Positions 38,068 to 52,946 are shown, counted from the first letter of the whole stretch. The stretch is 62,543 nt of DNA, filler included, from Platydemus manokwari (GCA_037951405.1; 5 parts of 5 records of this genome joined end to end with filler, not necessarily neighbours in it), one strand, 5' to 3'. Notes: generated by a model from the sequence alone, not told the origin. Translations and numbers: made by a program.

Positions 38068-38763
38068 CTTAACAAAGCTAAATTTTCCTAAGTCGTTGAC
38101 AAACCGTGTCTTAATAAATCAATCATTCAACATAAAATTCAAACAACTTTGCAAGTGTTCGAAAATTAAATAAACTTTAGATATAGTCATATTTTTGTAT
38201 AATGGTTCACATAATATTATATATTTTTATAATTGAATTTATTTAAATTTTTATTTTTATATGATGTTTTTACCAAAAAGTGGAATATTTTAAAGAATAA
38301 AAACCAAAAATATAATTGTATTATAATTTATAACAATATAACATCTTTAAAAATTTATATTTTTATAAATTAGTATTTGGTTTTATAGATTATATTACGT
38401 AAGTAATTCCAACTTTTGAAAAGCATGTTTAGATAACCATGTAATTGTTTTTAGTCCTATGACATTCAAAAAAATTTTTTAATCAATACTTGAGGATCCT
38501 AAAAACGCTGTCATTGAAAATTTGAATCAATTGTAAAATATAAATGCAAAATTCTTGTACTTTATCTTAATGTTAGAAGATGAGTGAATTATTATGACCG
38601 AAATAAATCTTTTTCAGAATTAAAAAAATCTTTCCTAACATTAATCAATTCTTTCGAATTTTGAATTAAATTCTTCGTAGGAAATATTTGTAGTTTGTTT
38701 TTATTTATTATTTTACCATATTTGAATTAATATGTTCAATCTATCAAGAAATATTACCAAATT

Positions 38764-38863
38764 NNNNNNNNNNNNNNNNNNNNNNNNNNNNNNNNNNNNN
38801 NNNNNNNTTAATTAATTAANNNNNNNNNNNNNNNNNNNNNNNNNNNNNNNNNNNNNNNNNNNN
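38764..38863. other. Assembly spacer/gap
   Basis: N44-TTAATTAATTAA-N44. Confidence 0.97.
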
Positions 38864-41800
38864 TATATTTTTTAACTAAATTATTTATATTTTTATAAAA
38901 AATTATTCGTTTGAATTTCCCTCGCATTGAATTTTTGAATTCAATGTGCTGTCAGATTGTGTAAAAACTAACAATTGTGAAATGAATCAATCGGCATTTT
39001 TAAGAAATAAATAATAAACGAAATATATAAATAAAATCAATCGAGAGAAATCTGATTTTGTTATTATAATTATAAAATATTGTTCATGGTGTGATTTAAT
39101 TTGTGCTAACGTGAATTAATATTCAAAATTGATAAAAAGAACCATAGATGGATGATATTGTTATTTTATGATTATCGTTAATGATGATATAATCACAAAC
39201 GTTATAATATAATCAGATGAAAAACTGAAGGATTTATTTTAAAACTAAAATATTAGGAAGATTGATTTTCTAAATTTTGATATATTCAAAATAGAATATT
39301 TAGTCATTTCTTAACCTTTGCAGTATATTGTATAAAAATAATAATTATAATTTTAATAATAACAATAATAATAATAATAATAATTATTATTATTATATTT
39401 ATTATTATTAGCTTCAAAAGAATTTTTATTTTCAATAATGTTTATATGTCAATAATTTTTTTTTCAAATAAACAACTTAAACTAACGTTTTCTGATCTTT
39501 TCGAAAAATTTGAAATCAATAAATGTCTACTATTATGTTCCATACAAAACTTAACGAAATGAGTGAGAACAGATTCAACAGTCTCATTTGATATCAGATG
39601 AATATTTGTCTAGAAAATATCAGTTAAAATTCGATTTTATAAATAAAAATTAGTTACCGAATTTGGAAATGTATCGAATATTTTATGAAAAAAATCTTTG
39701 AAATCTTCCGGGTGTGTTAATTCGCTATCGACATTGACCATTAATTTAGCAGATAGAACTCTTTTCGACAAATATCGACAAACCAAAATCACATGGACGA
39801 AGATTTTAAATTTTTTATTACTACTTGAAAAAATATTTTAAAAAAATTCGATTTACATTTTATAAATAAAATATTATTACCGTTTAACAATTGTAATTTT
39901 GGAATTGTTCTCCAATTTGTAGATAATTGATTCCAAATAATCGTTAACAGCAATCAACTTAGAACAATCAATCGATCGACGATACATTCTAGGAATAATA
40001 TTGGAAATAAATTTGTTTTCAATGCATCTCATATAATCATTACATTTCTTAATTCAAGAAACCTTTATATATAAATGGAATTTTTAATAAAGATAATTTT
40101 TATCTTTCTTTTAAAATAAAGTATTTCGAAAAGGTTATTTCAATTATTCCCTTAAAGTTTTTCGTATATTTGTTGAGATTATCATTGTAATTACTATCAT
40201 TATCTCCATTGGAGAATTAAACAAGATCTACTAAATGTGAGGTTCTGTGTTGTGTATGTACGTAGAGATATTATCAGGTAATCAATAGACTTAGAGTTAT
40301 TTATATCAATTTATAAAGAGTTCTAGTGATGGTTTTACGGTCTTTTGGCTAGATAATTTGAGTTCTACTGGATTCGTCAAAGAGTCTTAAGTTAATATTT
40401 TAATCATCTAATTTGAAGCTGATATAATTTTTTAATTGATTTTTGAAATAATCGGCGGCATTATTGACTCGTGTCCTTCCGGTTTTGGTTGCTTTAATAT
40501 TTCAACCATCTAGCTAATCCAGTAATTGTGATTGAGATAACATATAGTTCCCATTTGATTTAGTTGTAGCCGTGCATTATTTTATGTTATTTAATATAAT
40601 ATTTGTTTTTTTCATAACTCGCAAATTTCAACATGATAAAATTCTTTTTGTTATGATTAGCGATTACATTGTGTTAATATTTTTGATTTTTATGTATTTT
40701 ATTATTATGGTTTACGTAATCGAACTGAAGGTGTGGCAGAGAATGTCATTGTCTCGAATGAGCATCAACAAAGAATAATAAGTATAAATAAAGATGAACA
40801 TAATGTAGAAAGTTATATTTATTTTAAGAACAATAATAATAAAAAATGACTAATTAATAGAAAAATTCATTCCTGGCAAAACATGATTTTTTTCACATGG
40901 CTTTGTTTATTTTTACAATGCATTACCCAATGAATCGATTTCGCCTAAAATCCTGATTCTAAAAAATTCTTTCTGATTACAGATGATTGGAATTGATCAA
41001 TAGAAAAGTATGGATAATCTTCTGTAGATGGTACTTGTCTTTCTAATTCCAGAGACCAGCACCTCCGTTAAAATATATAGGATTTATGGCGTTTGGTCAT
41101 TCTCCAATCCAATGAGAACACCCAGATACTGCTACCAATTATTTGAGATGTATTACTTATGGATTTATATTAAGATTTTTAATCTAAATTTTATTTATAT
41201 TTACCGTAAATCAAAATTAGTTTTGTTAAGGCTAAACTTGAAAGAATTATTGGTATTATTAGTAACATGATTAAATAAATAAACACATGGTGTTTGTTTA
41301 AATAATTGATTGGCGGTTGATTGCAGTTTTTCAAATAAATATTATGACGGAATATGCTTTTTACTTAACTATAGTAAAGACTAGTGTATAGATAAATTTT
41401 CTTTCAAGTTCCGTTACAGCGATTAAAAGGTGACAGTGGTTACCAAGTACAGATAAGTAGATTTCAAAGAATCTACATTCTAACTAGTAAGATGTGGTAA
41501 AGTCTTTAAATTAGGATCTTAGTGTTAGAGTCTAAGCTAGTAATTGTCAAATGGTTGATCTTTTAATATATTTTTTTGTTCAATAACTTTTAATAATGAT
41601 AGCAAATTCAGTGAAATTCATAGATTTTTTAATCAAATCACGAATCCCCGAATACCCCCAAAATCTAGGGCATTGTACTTTTCCTAAAATCGACTCGAGA
41701 TAGAATTTTAACAGTCATTATCACCCAGTATTTAGAATATTATTGAATCTAATTGTAATTACTACTGTATAATCATCAACCAATAAATAGAATAAAATAT

Positions 41801-42032
41801 TAAATGGATTTTGTTTTCTTTGAAAACATTTTGAAATTAAAATTAATTATTTTAAAATAATGACAATTTTTGTTTAACTTAATCAAAAATTCCAACTTTG
41901 TCTAACAAGTATAAATTAATAAGCTGATTTTATTAATTTAGTAAGATTTTTTATTTATTACTTTAATCAGGCAGTACAATTATTTTGCTTATTGTGTTTG
42001 ATGCGAGATAATATATGGTGTGTTTTTATAAG

Positions 42033-45000
42033 TTCAGAAAATTTGATTTGCAATGGAACAGAGTATATTAAATATGAGGCCCCGCTTAATATCTATGATT
42101 TCTATTTTTGGATTTACTTGGCTATATATATATGTTTGACTCTCGGTGCTGGTAGGAAATCGGTCATTCATTTTGTCATAAGATGATTTGTATTTAGGAA
42201 CTATGTCTGGATTAACTTTGGGATTATTAAGTTTAGATACACTAAGTCTGGAGATTTTAATGAGGACAGGAATTGAGCCTGAAGCAAAATATGCTAACAA
42301 ACTTTATCCAATTATAAAGCGACATCATATTTTATTGGTTACTCTACTGTTAGGAAATGCTATTTGTGTGGAATCGATGCCTATATTTTTAGACAGAATT
42401 TCGAATCCAATCACAGCAATTATTGTTTCTGTAACTGCTGTTCTTTTATTTGGCGAGTGAGTATAATTGGTAGACTTTAGATAGAGCGTTTATTGTTCTT
42501 ATTTATTTATAAGAATATTGTAATATACTTATCTGGCTCTATCATTATCTGAATCCATATTTAGGTTACCGAACTTGATGACACCGATAAGATCAATAGC
42601 ATATCTCAATATTTTCGTTAACTACAAATTGATATTTCAAGCATCTTATCTATTTTATCTGATAAATATATTTCAATTTTTACTACTTATTAATCTAAAT
42701 CATTTGTAAGTAGTATAGAAAAATATTTATAATTTAAGCACTGGCATGAGACATATTATCACAATGATCAAATTTCCAATTTAATAGGTCAATATTAAAA
42801 TTTCAGATAATGCATGTTTCGTTTTTTGAAAAACAGTTTTATTTTCATTTATTTATCAATAAACGATTCTTTTATTTCCATTTTGATAAAAAGGGTTGCA
42901 AAAATTAATTACAAAAATCTTTGGCTGCTTTATTTTCATTGGTTGGTTTGCTTATCTCAACCGATATTGTGTTTGGGAAATATGTTTGACAAATGAGATC
43001 CATCGTTATTAGGCTGCACTGATAATTTGGGAATCAATTGTCTTTTATACATTCAGGAAAATATCTTTCAAATATAAAATTTTAATTGATTAATTAAAAC
43101 GAAAATATACCCAGTAATGCTTATCGATGGTAGTGCACTTGATTGATATTTCACTATTGAATGTATATTGTAGATCTGTTAGTGAATTCGACAATTTATT
43201 AAAGTGAAAATTGATTGTGTTGTGAGCTCCATTATTAAAATAGTGTTGGGCGATAATGTATTTTTCATTGAAATATTTTATTTGAAATTTTCACATTTCC
43301 AGAATTATTCCACAGGCATTGTGCAAGAGATATGGCCTTGCTATTGGTTACTATATGCGCCCGTAAGTTGACTTCGATTTTTCTATAATTGCACTACTGG
43401 CCTTGATTCATTTGAGAGGACTTTATTGCATTGATATTTGTTTTGGCACAATTTTCAAGCTCATTTAACAGGATTGTTTACTTCTTGATCGGTATCACTA
43501 TCGTAATTGGATACCCATTATCGAAGTTGCTTGATTGCATATTTGGCCATGAGAATGGCAACTATTATCGAAGACCACAATTGAAGGCTTTGATCGATTT
43601 ACATGGTCCTTCTGGTGTTCTTGGAAAACCAGTAGATAAGAATGCAAATGGAGATTTGAAAAATAATGATATCGAAAGATCTATATCGAGTGGGTTGAAA
43701 TTAAGCTTATTTTAGAAAGTTGTCGATTGAATATTAATTTATTATGGATAGGTCAAGATGATTCTTATAGTAAATCAATTGAACATCAACTGACGTTCGA
43801 AGAGGTGAACATTATCAAGGTTAGTTAAAAATTTATTCATTAAAAACTTGTGATTTTATTATGCCTGTTTATTTAATAATATTATTTTCATGACTCTTTC
43901 AAATTTGAAAAGACATCTCAATCATTCGTTTAATGAAGATAAATGTAGGAAAAAAATTAATTATTTGGATTATCCAGGTTATTTATTGTAGAGGATCAAA
44001 CCGCATTGTTAATTTTTTGTGTCACGTTATTTATATTGATCCCATTGGATGATTGGATAAAAAGTGGATATCATAAATTTACAAAGATAGAAAAATCATA
44101 ACGACTATACGAAATCAATACAAATATCTCAATTTCAACTCTAGAATAATCGATAACCAATGTATACATTATTTTCACTCGAATTATTATTGAAACCTTA
44201 TTATAATTTAAGGCTTTTATTTGAAATATTTTGTTTATAAATTTTAATCGACCACCTGTCATTATTGTAACCCAACATTGTCTCTTGCAAAAAACATTTG
44301 AATTACTTTATGTTATATTGATTGTACACGAACAAAATCGTTTTCTAACAATTTACAGATCATCATTTATTAATCGTATAATTAATAATTTTATCACTGA
44401 TTTACGGCCATGATAGTTGTTAGAGAATAATTATTGACGAAACATATTGCCTTATCCATAAAATTCCAAAGTCAATGACGTTGCTTTATGAACCCATCGA
44501 CACGTTAATTAAATTTACTTTATATTATTATTATTGATCAATTAGCACGGGATTCCACTCCAAATATAAATTCAAGTACCTTAGATGAAAGTTATGCAAA
44601 TAGCTCAAAATCCGTCCAGTCTTGGTATCATTCAATGTGAAAACTTATGCACAATTATAAAATCATTAATGAATGTTTATTAATTCGTAAATCTTAAAAT
44701 TTAATTATCCATAAACAACTTATTGTTAATAAATTATTTTTAATCTTTAAACATGATTCCCCAGACCAGAAAAAGAAAAAACTTCAAATAATTAAAAGCC
44801 TCAGTTGAATTGAAATATCTGCAACAAATATGAATAGCTTTTTTCGTAATAATATTTTTGTTTAAATTTAAAATTAAAATTTACTCTAAGAACATAAGAA
44901 TTCAAAAATAGACAAGTCATTAAATGATTATCATTCTTGAAATTTGCTTAATAATCATTAATGTTTTTGATTTTTACAACAAATTACAATGCACAATTTA

Positions 45001-48000
45001 CAATTTATGAGTATAAAAATTATTATATCACTAATATTAATAATTTTATTAATAATAATGAGATCTTTAAAAATAATAAACTAAAAATAATGGTCAAAAA
45101 TAACCATGTAGCTCTTGTTTGTTCAAATGGTTTGATGACTGTCGTGCATATCGCATATCAAAACATTGAAATGTGGTCTGAAATTATCTGTCAACATGCT
45201 TAGTTATTTTCAATAAATTTTCACGTGTATTTGTTTTCATATTACTCGATAGAGTCGAACAACTCTGAACGTTTCGAACTTCTGTATATGGCATCCTTTC
45301 TTAATAATTCGATTGAAATATGGATCTTCATTGATCGATATCATTCGTTAAAATTCTAATTATAAACATATTTATTTAATTTCAATTAGATTTGCTCAAC
45401 AATTTATTTAAAATATAATGAATAATTAGAATATAATTTATATTTATTATAAAATATAAATTATTAATAGTACATGAATACTAATAATATTTATGTCATT
45501 ATTATTGTTAGTGTTCGTAAATATATTTATAAATTGACTCTCAAATATGAAAAGAATATTTTTTTGAAACTTATTATTAGTTTGTGAGAAAATTTATTAG
45601 ATCTAAAAGATCTTATAATGGTCTATTTCAATGAAAAATGCCAAAAATCTGTTCTGATACAATTATTTGAATTGAATAATTATCTGTTACGCCATGAATT
45701 ACAGACTTGTCCAATTCCTGTGTATTTGGGCTCCATTCATTTAAATATTTTCAAGATCAATAACGTTTATTGATTAAGCATAACCTTAGAACGTTTACTG
45801 AAGTCCTTAAATTATGATTTTCATGGCCTTACATTGTATATACGTTAAGACTGACAAGAATCCAAGAATTATTATCGTTATGAAATTTTGAAACTGTATT
45901 GTCCACTGTATATTTATATTAATTAAAATCATAATATTTCAACTAAAATTTCGTGATTTGTCAATTTCAACACAAGAAACCTGACATGATGCCAAATATA
46001 AATTTATTCTCGAGCGTGTTTAATCACTAAAAATCATGTTAGGTGTGTTATTCAGATTATCAGAGAGTCTAATTAGCCCTTTCACCTTTATCGATAATTC
46101 GATTGAAAACATCTTTATCCGATATTCAAGTCAAGAATAAACCATTTTATTAATTTTTTTAGATAATTCATGGACATGAACTACAATAAGTTTTGGTTTA
46201 TTTTTATCGTCGACGTAGTTAATTGTAATCCAAGAGTTATGGCATTGCTATCATTATAAATAGACCGGCAATTTGGTGAATTTATATAAACTATACTTTG
46301 ATTGTTGCAAATGAAAATCAAGCTGCTATATCAACAACTTTTCATTATTTTTAATTCAGGGAGCCCTAGATTTGACAACAATGACCGCGAAGGATGCTCT
46401 AGTACCTTTGGACCAGGTATTTATGCTGTCTGATTCCGCCATTTTGGATAAACATACAATTCGTCAAGTAAATAATTTATATTTAGTAATGATAAATGAC
46501 ATTTTGTACTAATAGATTCTACTTGTGGCACATTCTCGAATTCCGATATTTCATGGAACCGAGAGGAGACTAATTCAAGGGCTTCTATTGACGAAAATGT
46601 TGATACAATATGATGCATCTGAAACGGTACCGGTTTCAACATTGTTACAGAACAATAAATGCTTTAAACCTTTACGATATGTAACTGAAACCACTCCACT
46701 TTACGATCTTTTACAATTGTTCAAAACTGGAAGAAGTAATAATTCTTTTGATGAGAAAATATATTTCATGAAATAAATATTGCAGCTGGACATATGGCAG
46801 TGGTTGTGAAAGATAACTTAGCGGATGAGCAACTGGAAGCTATCGAACGTTTTTACTCTGTTAAAGAAGAACGAAATCCATCAAATTTGGTTTCAGTCTT
46901 TCCTCCAGTTAGTTCAATTATTAACTCACTAATGTTTGTTACACCGATAAAATATTTTGCTAATTTTTATTGTTTTTAGTTGGTTTCATTTCTTAGGTGA
47001 GTTGAGAAAATAATATTACATCATATGTCTCAAGGCAAACTCATCTGTATTTAAAATAAATGGGAAGCACTCATTATCAGACAAATGATTATGTTTAAAA
47101 CATTTAATGGTTATTTCTGAAAAGTCTAGCCAATAAAGCAACATAATACAATTTCTAATATATTATTTAATAAAATGCGAGTTGAAAACGAATCTAAGAA
47201 CTTCAAACCGCAAAGTGTATTTAATAAAAATATTCAAACAAATTAAATTGATCATTTATATTATTTAATATCAATATATTATATATTTATATTTATATCA
47301 ATTCATTTTGAAATACTCATACACTCCTTTCATTAATTTTGATTTTCTTCAAATTCATTGTCTTTGTTTTCTATATGATCTATATGAAATTCTCGAAACA
47401 TTTATTAAATATAATAATCTATGTTTATTCTCTATCTAAGCTGCCACTACTTTAATCAGGCACGCATTAGAAACTAACTGAAAAGTCACGATATCAGATT
47501 ATATTTTAATTACAATCCGATTTTAAAATCTTTCAAATTTCAATTCATTAAAAATTCCCTATCTCTATATCTTCTATTTTCTTTTCATCGACTTTTTTCT
47601 CTAATCTCTCTATTTTTTTCACAGTCTCTTCTGTACTTCTTAGAATCGACTTCAAGTTCGTGATAAGCTTGTTAACTGCTACCTTGCCATCAAATATGAC
47701 TTGAAAATGAATCTAAGAACTTCAAACCACAAAGTATATTTAATAATAATGGTCAAATAAATTAAATTGACCATTTATATTATTAATGTTAATATATTTT
47801 ATAATTTCCAAAATGATTATTTAAATATTAATTGATTTAAAATCATCACATTGATCTTTAGGTGATTGGAATCATTACATTGGAAGATGTTTTGGAGAAA
47901 TTAATCCAATCGGATATTAATGATGAAGGAGATATTTTTCGAAACGATATGTGTCGTCAATTAATGTACAAACAGAAATTGCGATGGGCCAAGTATGCTA

Positions 48001-48228
48001 GAAATCAAAATATGGATATCGATAACAATCAAACAACCAAATCAATGGGTTGCAACATTATCAATGATATGTGAGCTAAATTGATTGTCCAATGTTTTAT
48101 AATTTAAAAATTATTCTTCATTAAGGAATCCAGATTATGTTTCAACCAGTAAGAAGTATCTTGATGATCAAGCTCTTTTAATGCCGAAGAGCGTTCCAAA
48201 GACGTATCATACTTTCAAAGGGGTCTGA
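42033..48228 (+). CDS. CNNM: DUF21 (CNNM transmembrane) + CBS-pair metal/Mg2+ transporter, Mam3/plant-DUF21 type; start not resolved
   Basis: In-frame exons ~42033-42151, 42198-42456, 43303-43362, 43472-43689, 43752-43819, 46360-46467, 46516-46735, 46786-46907, 47862-48070, 48126-48228. Motifs MSGLTLGLLSLD, LLVTLLLGN, FGEIIPQA, IIKGALDL, HSRIPI, GHMAVV, GIITLEDVLE. Confidence 0.9.
47182..47798. repeat. ~100-bp imperfect direct repeat pair (47182-47280 and 47701-47798) in a CNNM intron
   Basis: Shared TTGAAAA.GAATCTAAGAACTTCAAACC.CAAAGT.TATTTAATAA...AAATTAAATTGA.CATTTTATATTATT. Confidence 0.8.
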
Positions 48229-50660
48229 ATATACCAGCAGTCATTAGTTCCTTATAATTGTTAATTGTCTGATTAATTTGATGAATTCTTTTTTAATTAT
48301 ATTGTGATTTAATACATTTTATTATTATTGGAATATCGAATAATATTGTAAAAATATTGACAAAATTTGTGTAATAATTTTTAATAAATTTATTTTAAAA
48401 ATAATTATTCAATAACAGTAAATACACGCATAAACCAGGCTTGGATATAATATTTTTAATTTCTAAATTAGAATATTATGTTAGAAGGCTATTAAAATGG
48501 GTTACAGTATTTTCAAATCTGAAATTGGAAGACAATTGTAAAAACCTGTAGATATTTTAAAATAAAATTAGCTATAATATTTTTACTCAGGGTAAATATT
48601 AATTGAGAAGACTAGAATAAAATTCTACTGTACATTAGAATTAGTTACTGCAGATATTTAAATCCCATTCATTGGTCATAATTAGCAATTTGTTTGAAAA
48701 CATTGCTGAAAATATTACCATTTACAGTTTTATTCATTATTTAACATTTTTCGCTTGATTGAAACAAAATCGAATTAAATTTTATATATACGCGCGTGTT
48801 GGTGGTCGTATTTCTATCATAATAAAAAATTATATTGAGTTTGAACTTTAGATTTAATACATCAATGTTTAACTGAAAATATTAATATTGATAATTGATT
48901 AAATTAATGATAATTTAAATTATCATGAATTAATTATATAGCTAATTGTTTAGAAACTTTGATACAAGTGTTAACTCAAGTTTGAGGATTTGTTGTTGAC
49001 GCAATTATAATCTGGATAAGAAAAACAGAGAATCAGTTAATGTTATAAATATCAATTAATAATTATTAAAAAAAATTAATAATTATTATAATTATTATTA
49101 AAATATAAAGAGAATTCATAATTTTCATGTTATAATTAATCAATAAATTTTTTTATTATCTATCTGAGGATTGGAAAAAACATTTTTAAGCATTAACAGG
49201 CACTGGATACAAACATTATATTTATTAATATTGTATTAATCGAACGCTATAATATTTCGAAGAAACAATTTTGCGTCGACTTAAATATAATTTTTAATGT
49301 TCATTTGAGTTGTTGTCATTTCCATTTCGAATTATTGATCAGTTTACAAAATCAATATAATTCATATTGTATTCTTGTCGTACATAATCACTTGCCCTAG
49401 TCTAGAGGACATTATTGATAGTATCTGGATCACTTCTCATGCACTTTGCTCAATATCTAACTTTTGAACTTTGAGAATGATCCAATGTAAATATTTCAAT
49501 ATTATACGTCAGGAATTTAGGAGTTTGTTGAATTTCTAAATCAATTTTATAATGGGGAACCCTGTGTAACTGTTAGTAGATTAAAGGGTTGAGTATAAAT
49601 AATGGTATGATAGATGAATGACAGATGATGCCATTAATAACAGAAATAATACATTAACGATTATATAATTAATAAAAATTGGCAAAGGTATAAGGTGATT
49701 AATTCATTTGTGGCCCAGTGTCCTGAAATCCAGCTGGGGAACTAATGACAACCGAATCTGATATAAAACTTTATCTGAGGAAGACTGACGATTTTGTGAA
49801 AGATGATAAATATTCTGACGAACTTGGACTGCGTACTGAATTTATGCTTTTAGATGGTGTCTATTCCAGTCGATATTTATCTATTTTAGATTTCCAATCA
49901 ACTATATCTCATTCATTATTTTTTGTATTATTTTACTTTTTTCGTATTCGCATATCTGGATGGATTATTAAATAACTCGTATGTCTGAATGTTTTACTTT
50001 TCTCGTATACCGCTTAAAATAATTATCTTTCTAAATTTTATATTCATTTGACAATATCAGCTATCAAAAGCTAATATTAATGATGTCCTTCTAGCGATAA
50101 ATTTCAAGGTCAAAATCAAAAATGTTTTGTTGAAAGTTTGAGCAAAATTTTCAAATAAAACTGAAATTGTTTTAAGTTTTGTTTCTCTCAATATTTGATG
50201 TTCTGAACGTCAATTTTTCTTATCTTCTCATTGAGGAGAAATTTATGATTTTACTGGAACAAATATTTAATTCAGATTTTTTTTAATTATTTTTAAATGA
50301 TTTGAAATAACAAAAGAAATCTGCGTCTGCCAGATATTCTAAATACAATCTGAAACTTTTCCTTGTTGATAAATCATGATATTATGTTTGAAAATATTTA
50401 ACCAATAAAATATATAATCAATTTATTAAAATAATATGATAATAATTGATCTAATTAGAAATTAAATTAAATTAATCGATAATTATAATTCACTCATACT
50501 TTCAAATTTACAGTCATCCTACTTAAATAGGGTATATTTTATATTCTTTATCTCAACAATCAAACCAATTTATCCTTACCATTGAAAGTCAACGATGTAA
50601 TTTATTATAAATATTTATTACAACGAAATCACTTTAATTGGTGACAAATCATTTCAAATA

Positions 50661-51102
50661 TTAATTTGAATCAAACAATGATTTAAACAAATCGTGTCCT
50701 TTTCCTAATCGATGACGAATACAGAATCGGCTGGCTTCTGTGGTACTCTGTTCATAGGTCAATTTCGTGTGATTGATACAATTTATTCCATAGAGGGTAC
50801 AGTAAGAACATTCATTCAAATCTCTCCTACTGTACGTAAGGCATGATTTGCAGTTTTTCAGTGAAAATTGGGGATTCTCTCCATCAAATTCTAATATTCT
50901 CTTGATATAATCATCATGATATACGTTCCAATCGTTCTCATTTCGAACATTGGCGTCAGAAGGCTTGGTTGAAGTCAATTCCGAATTGATAATGATAGAC
51001 TTGTGAACAAAAACAATGAGTATTCTAGAACAATTTTAAACACCTTATATATCGAATATATATTATTGGAACTTACAGAAAATGTAGCAGCGTTGAATTC
51101 AT
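50661..51102 (-). CDS. Small secreted 6-Cys protein, 129 aa, 2 exons
   Basis: Exon 1 51102-51077, a 52-nt GTAAGT..TTCTAG intron, exon 2 51024-50661. Gives a hydrophobic N-terminus (MNSTLLHFLILIVFVHKSIIINS) and a CxxC..CxxC..C..C pattern. Confidence 0.7.
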
Positions 51103-51920
51103 TTTGTTTGGAAAAGAGATTTGTTTTATTTGAAAAATAAGAGCTTGATAAATGCCAATAAAAAAAAACTTTGTGACACGTGTATACAGAGATTAGAGAT
51201 TCATAAGATAAGATAATATTAAAATGCTGAAATCAGAATAGAAAATTAAATAAGAGTTCTTTTGAGAAATAAATTGGTACTTTGGAATTAGCGAATATTG
51301 TTATGAAATTCTCGGCTTATAGTAATATTTTAAAAGAAATGTTTTAGGGAATGTAAAATACTGCACACGTTTGAAGCTTTCAGTATTTATAAACTATTAT
51401 ATTAGGAATATTGTGAGATAAATGATGATATATTTCATCCCATCGGAAAATCAAACTTTATCCATCTGGGGAAGTTAAACGAAAAGTTATTGGTATTTTT
51501 TAATGTTTCTACGCAAAAATTTCATAAATGAATATATGACAGAAATTTTAAATTTTTTACCAAAGATTTTACACTTAATTTTAACTAAATTTTAATTTCA
51601 AAACGAAGCTAATCGATGTGACTAAATTTTCTCCACACCATTTTAATGATGATTGTAAATTTGATTTTCAAGATTAGTTTTGATAACAACCAATCGAATT
51701 TTTTCATCTATTTTTTTAAGTATTTTTATTGTTTTTATCCAATATAAGAGAAATGAAAATCGATTAAAGAAAATTTAAACAAAAAATTGTAATGGTGAAA
51801 ACTTAAGAAAACATCGGAAAAGAAATATAAATAACAAATTGAAATTCAAATTTGAAGGTCACTATTAAGTCCATAAACACATCTAAACTGTCAACATTTT
51901 CGATATCACATTCTCTTTTG

Positions 51921-51934
51921 GTTACCATGGCAAT
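51921..51934. promoter_or_regulatory. RFX X-box-like palindrome GTTACCATGGCAAT
   Basis: 13/14 match to GTTRCCATGGYAAC, located between two divergent genes. Confidence 0.45.
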
Positions 51935-52182
51935 TTCATGGTAATTACATTTGTACTTTCTGGATTCGATAATAACACTATAGGCTAACCATAGATCATC
52001 ATTTTCATAAAAACCTGAAAGAAAATCAATATCACCCGGACGACCAATACAATAAAGATAATATGATCATTAATAGCTTATTCAATAACACCTACACGAC
52101 AAAAAATAAAACTTGTGGGCTCATTGAATTAGTGCAAGCACAGCATATAATTAAACCTAAATTTGTGAAAGTGAAATCATAA

Positions 52183-52502
52183 ATGGTATCGCTAATATAA
52201 ATTGATATGATCTTTTAATCCAATGGTTCTAGATCTTACCACTGATATTATTGGGATTTTTCGGCCTGGTACTGTCTGCAGACAAACAAATGATTTCAGA
52301 TCTCGATTGGTCACAATGTGAAGAGAACGGAATACCTGCATATGCCCATAAAGCTATAGTGATGCACGACGAAAAAGGAAATCCATATAATGTTCTTCAT
52401 AAAAAAGATCAGGAATTGCTATCCAAAAATTCACACAGAAATGAAAAAAGATCAAATGCGGATATAAAATCATTGAAGAAAAACTCTGTGAATCAATTTT
52501 GA
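52183..52502 (+). CDS. Small secreted protein / possible peptide precursor, ~90 aa, 2 exons
   Basis: ATG 52183-52185, a 47-nt GT..AG intron, exon 52233-52502. Gives a signal peptide (MILPLILLGFFGLVLSA) and KK/KR dibasic sites. Confidence 0.6.
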
Positions 52503-52946
52503 CATCAAATCAAATATTATGATTTATTACAATTAAGAAAAATAATATTAGCGGTATATTGTTAATAAATACTTAGATGAGTTTATAATCTTATGCTATC
52601 ACTTTTCTTGATAATAATATAACGAATGATGTTAATAATAATATAAAGAATTTTTTATTTATCTATGAATTGAATTATAAAGATATTTCAAGGAAATCTG
52701 AGGATTCTTATTCGAATGTTGTAAAGCTTGATTTACAATTTTGTCATTTTATTATTTTATATCATTGGAATTCTGAAAAAGATTTGATAGAGATTATATG
52801 TCTTTGTGAATATTTTTCGACGTTGGCCAATTGACAATCTCAAAATATAGTACATCTATACGGACAGTCCATAGCTGTTTCTACTCATCAGTATTGAATT
52901 AAAACTTAATCACATCACTATTGGATTTTAACTCTCGGTTACTTTA

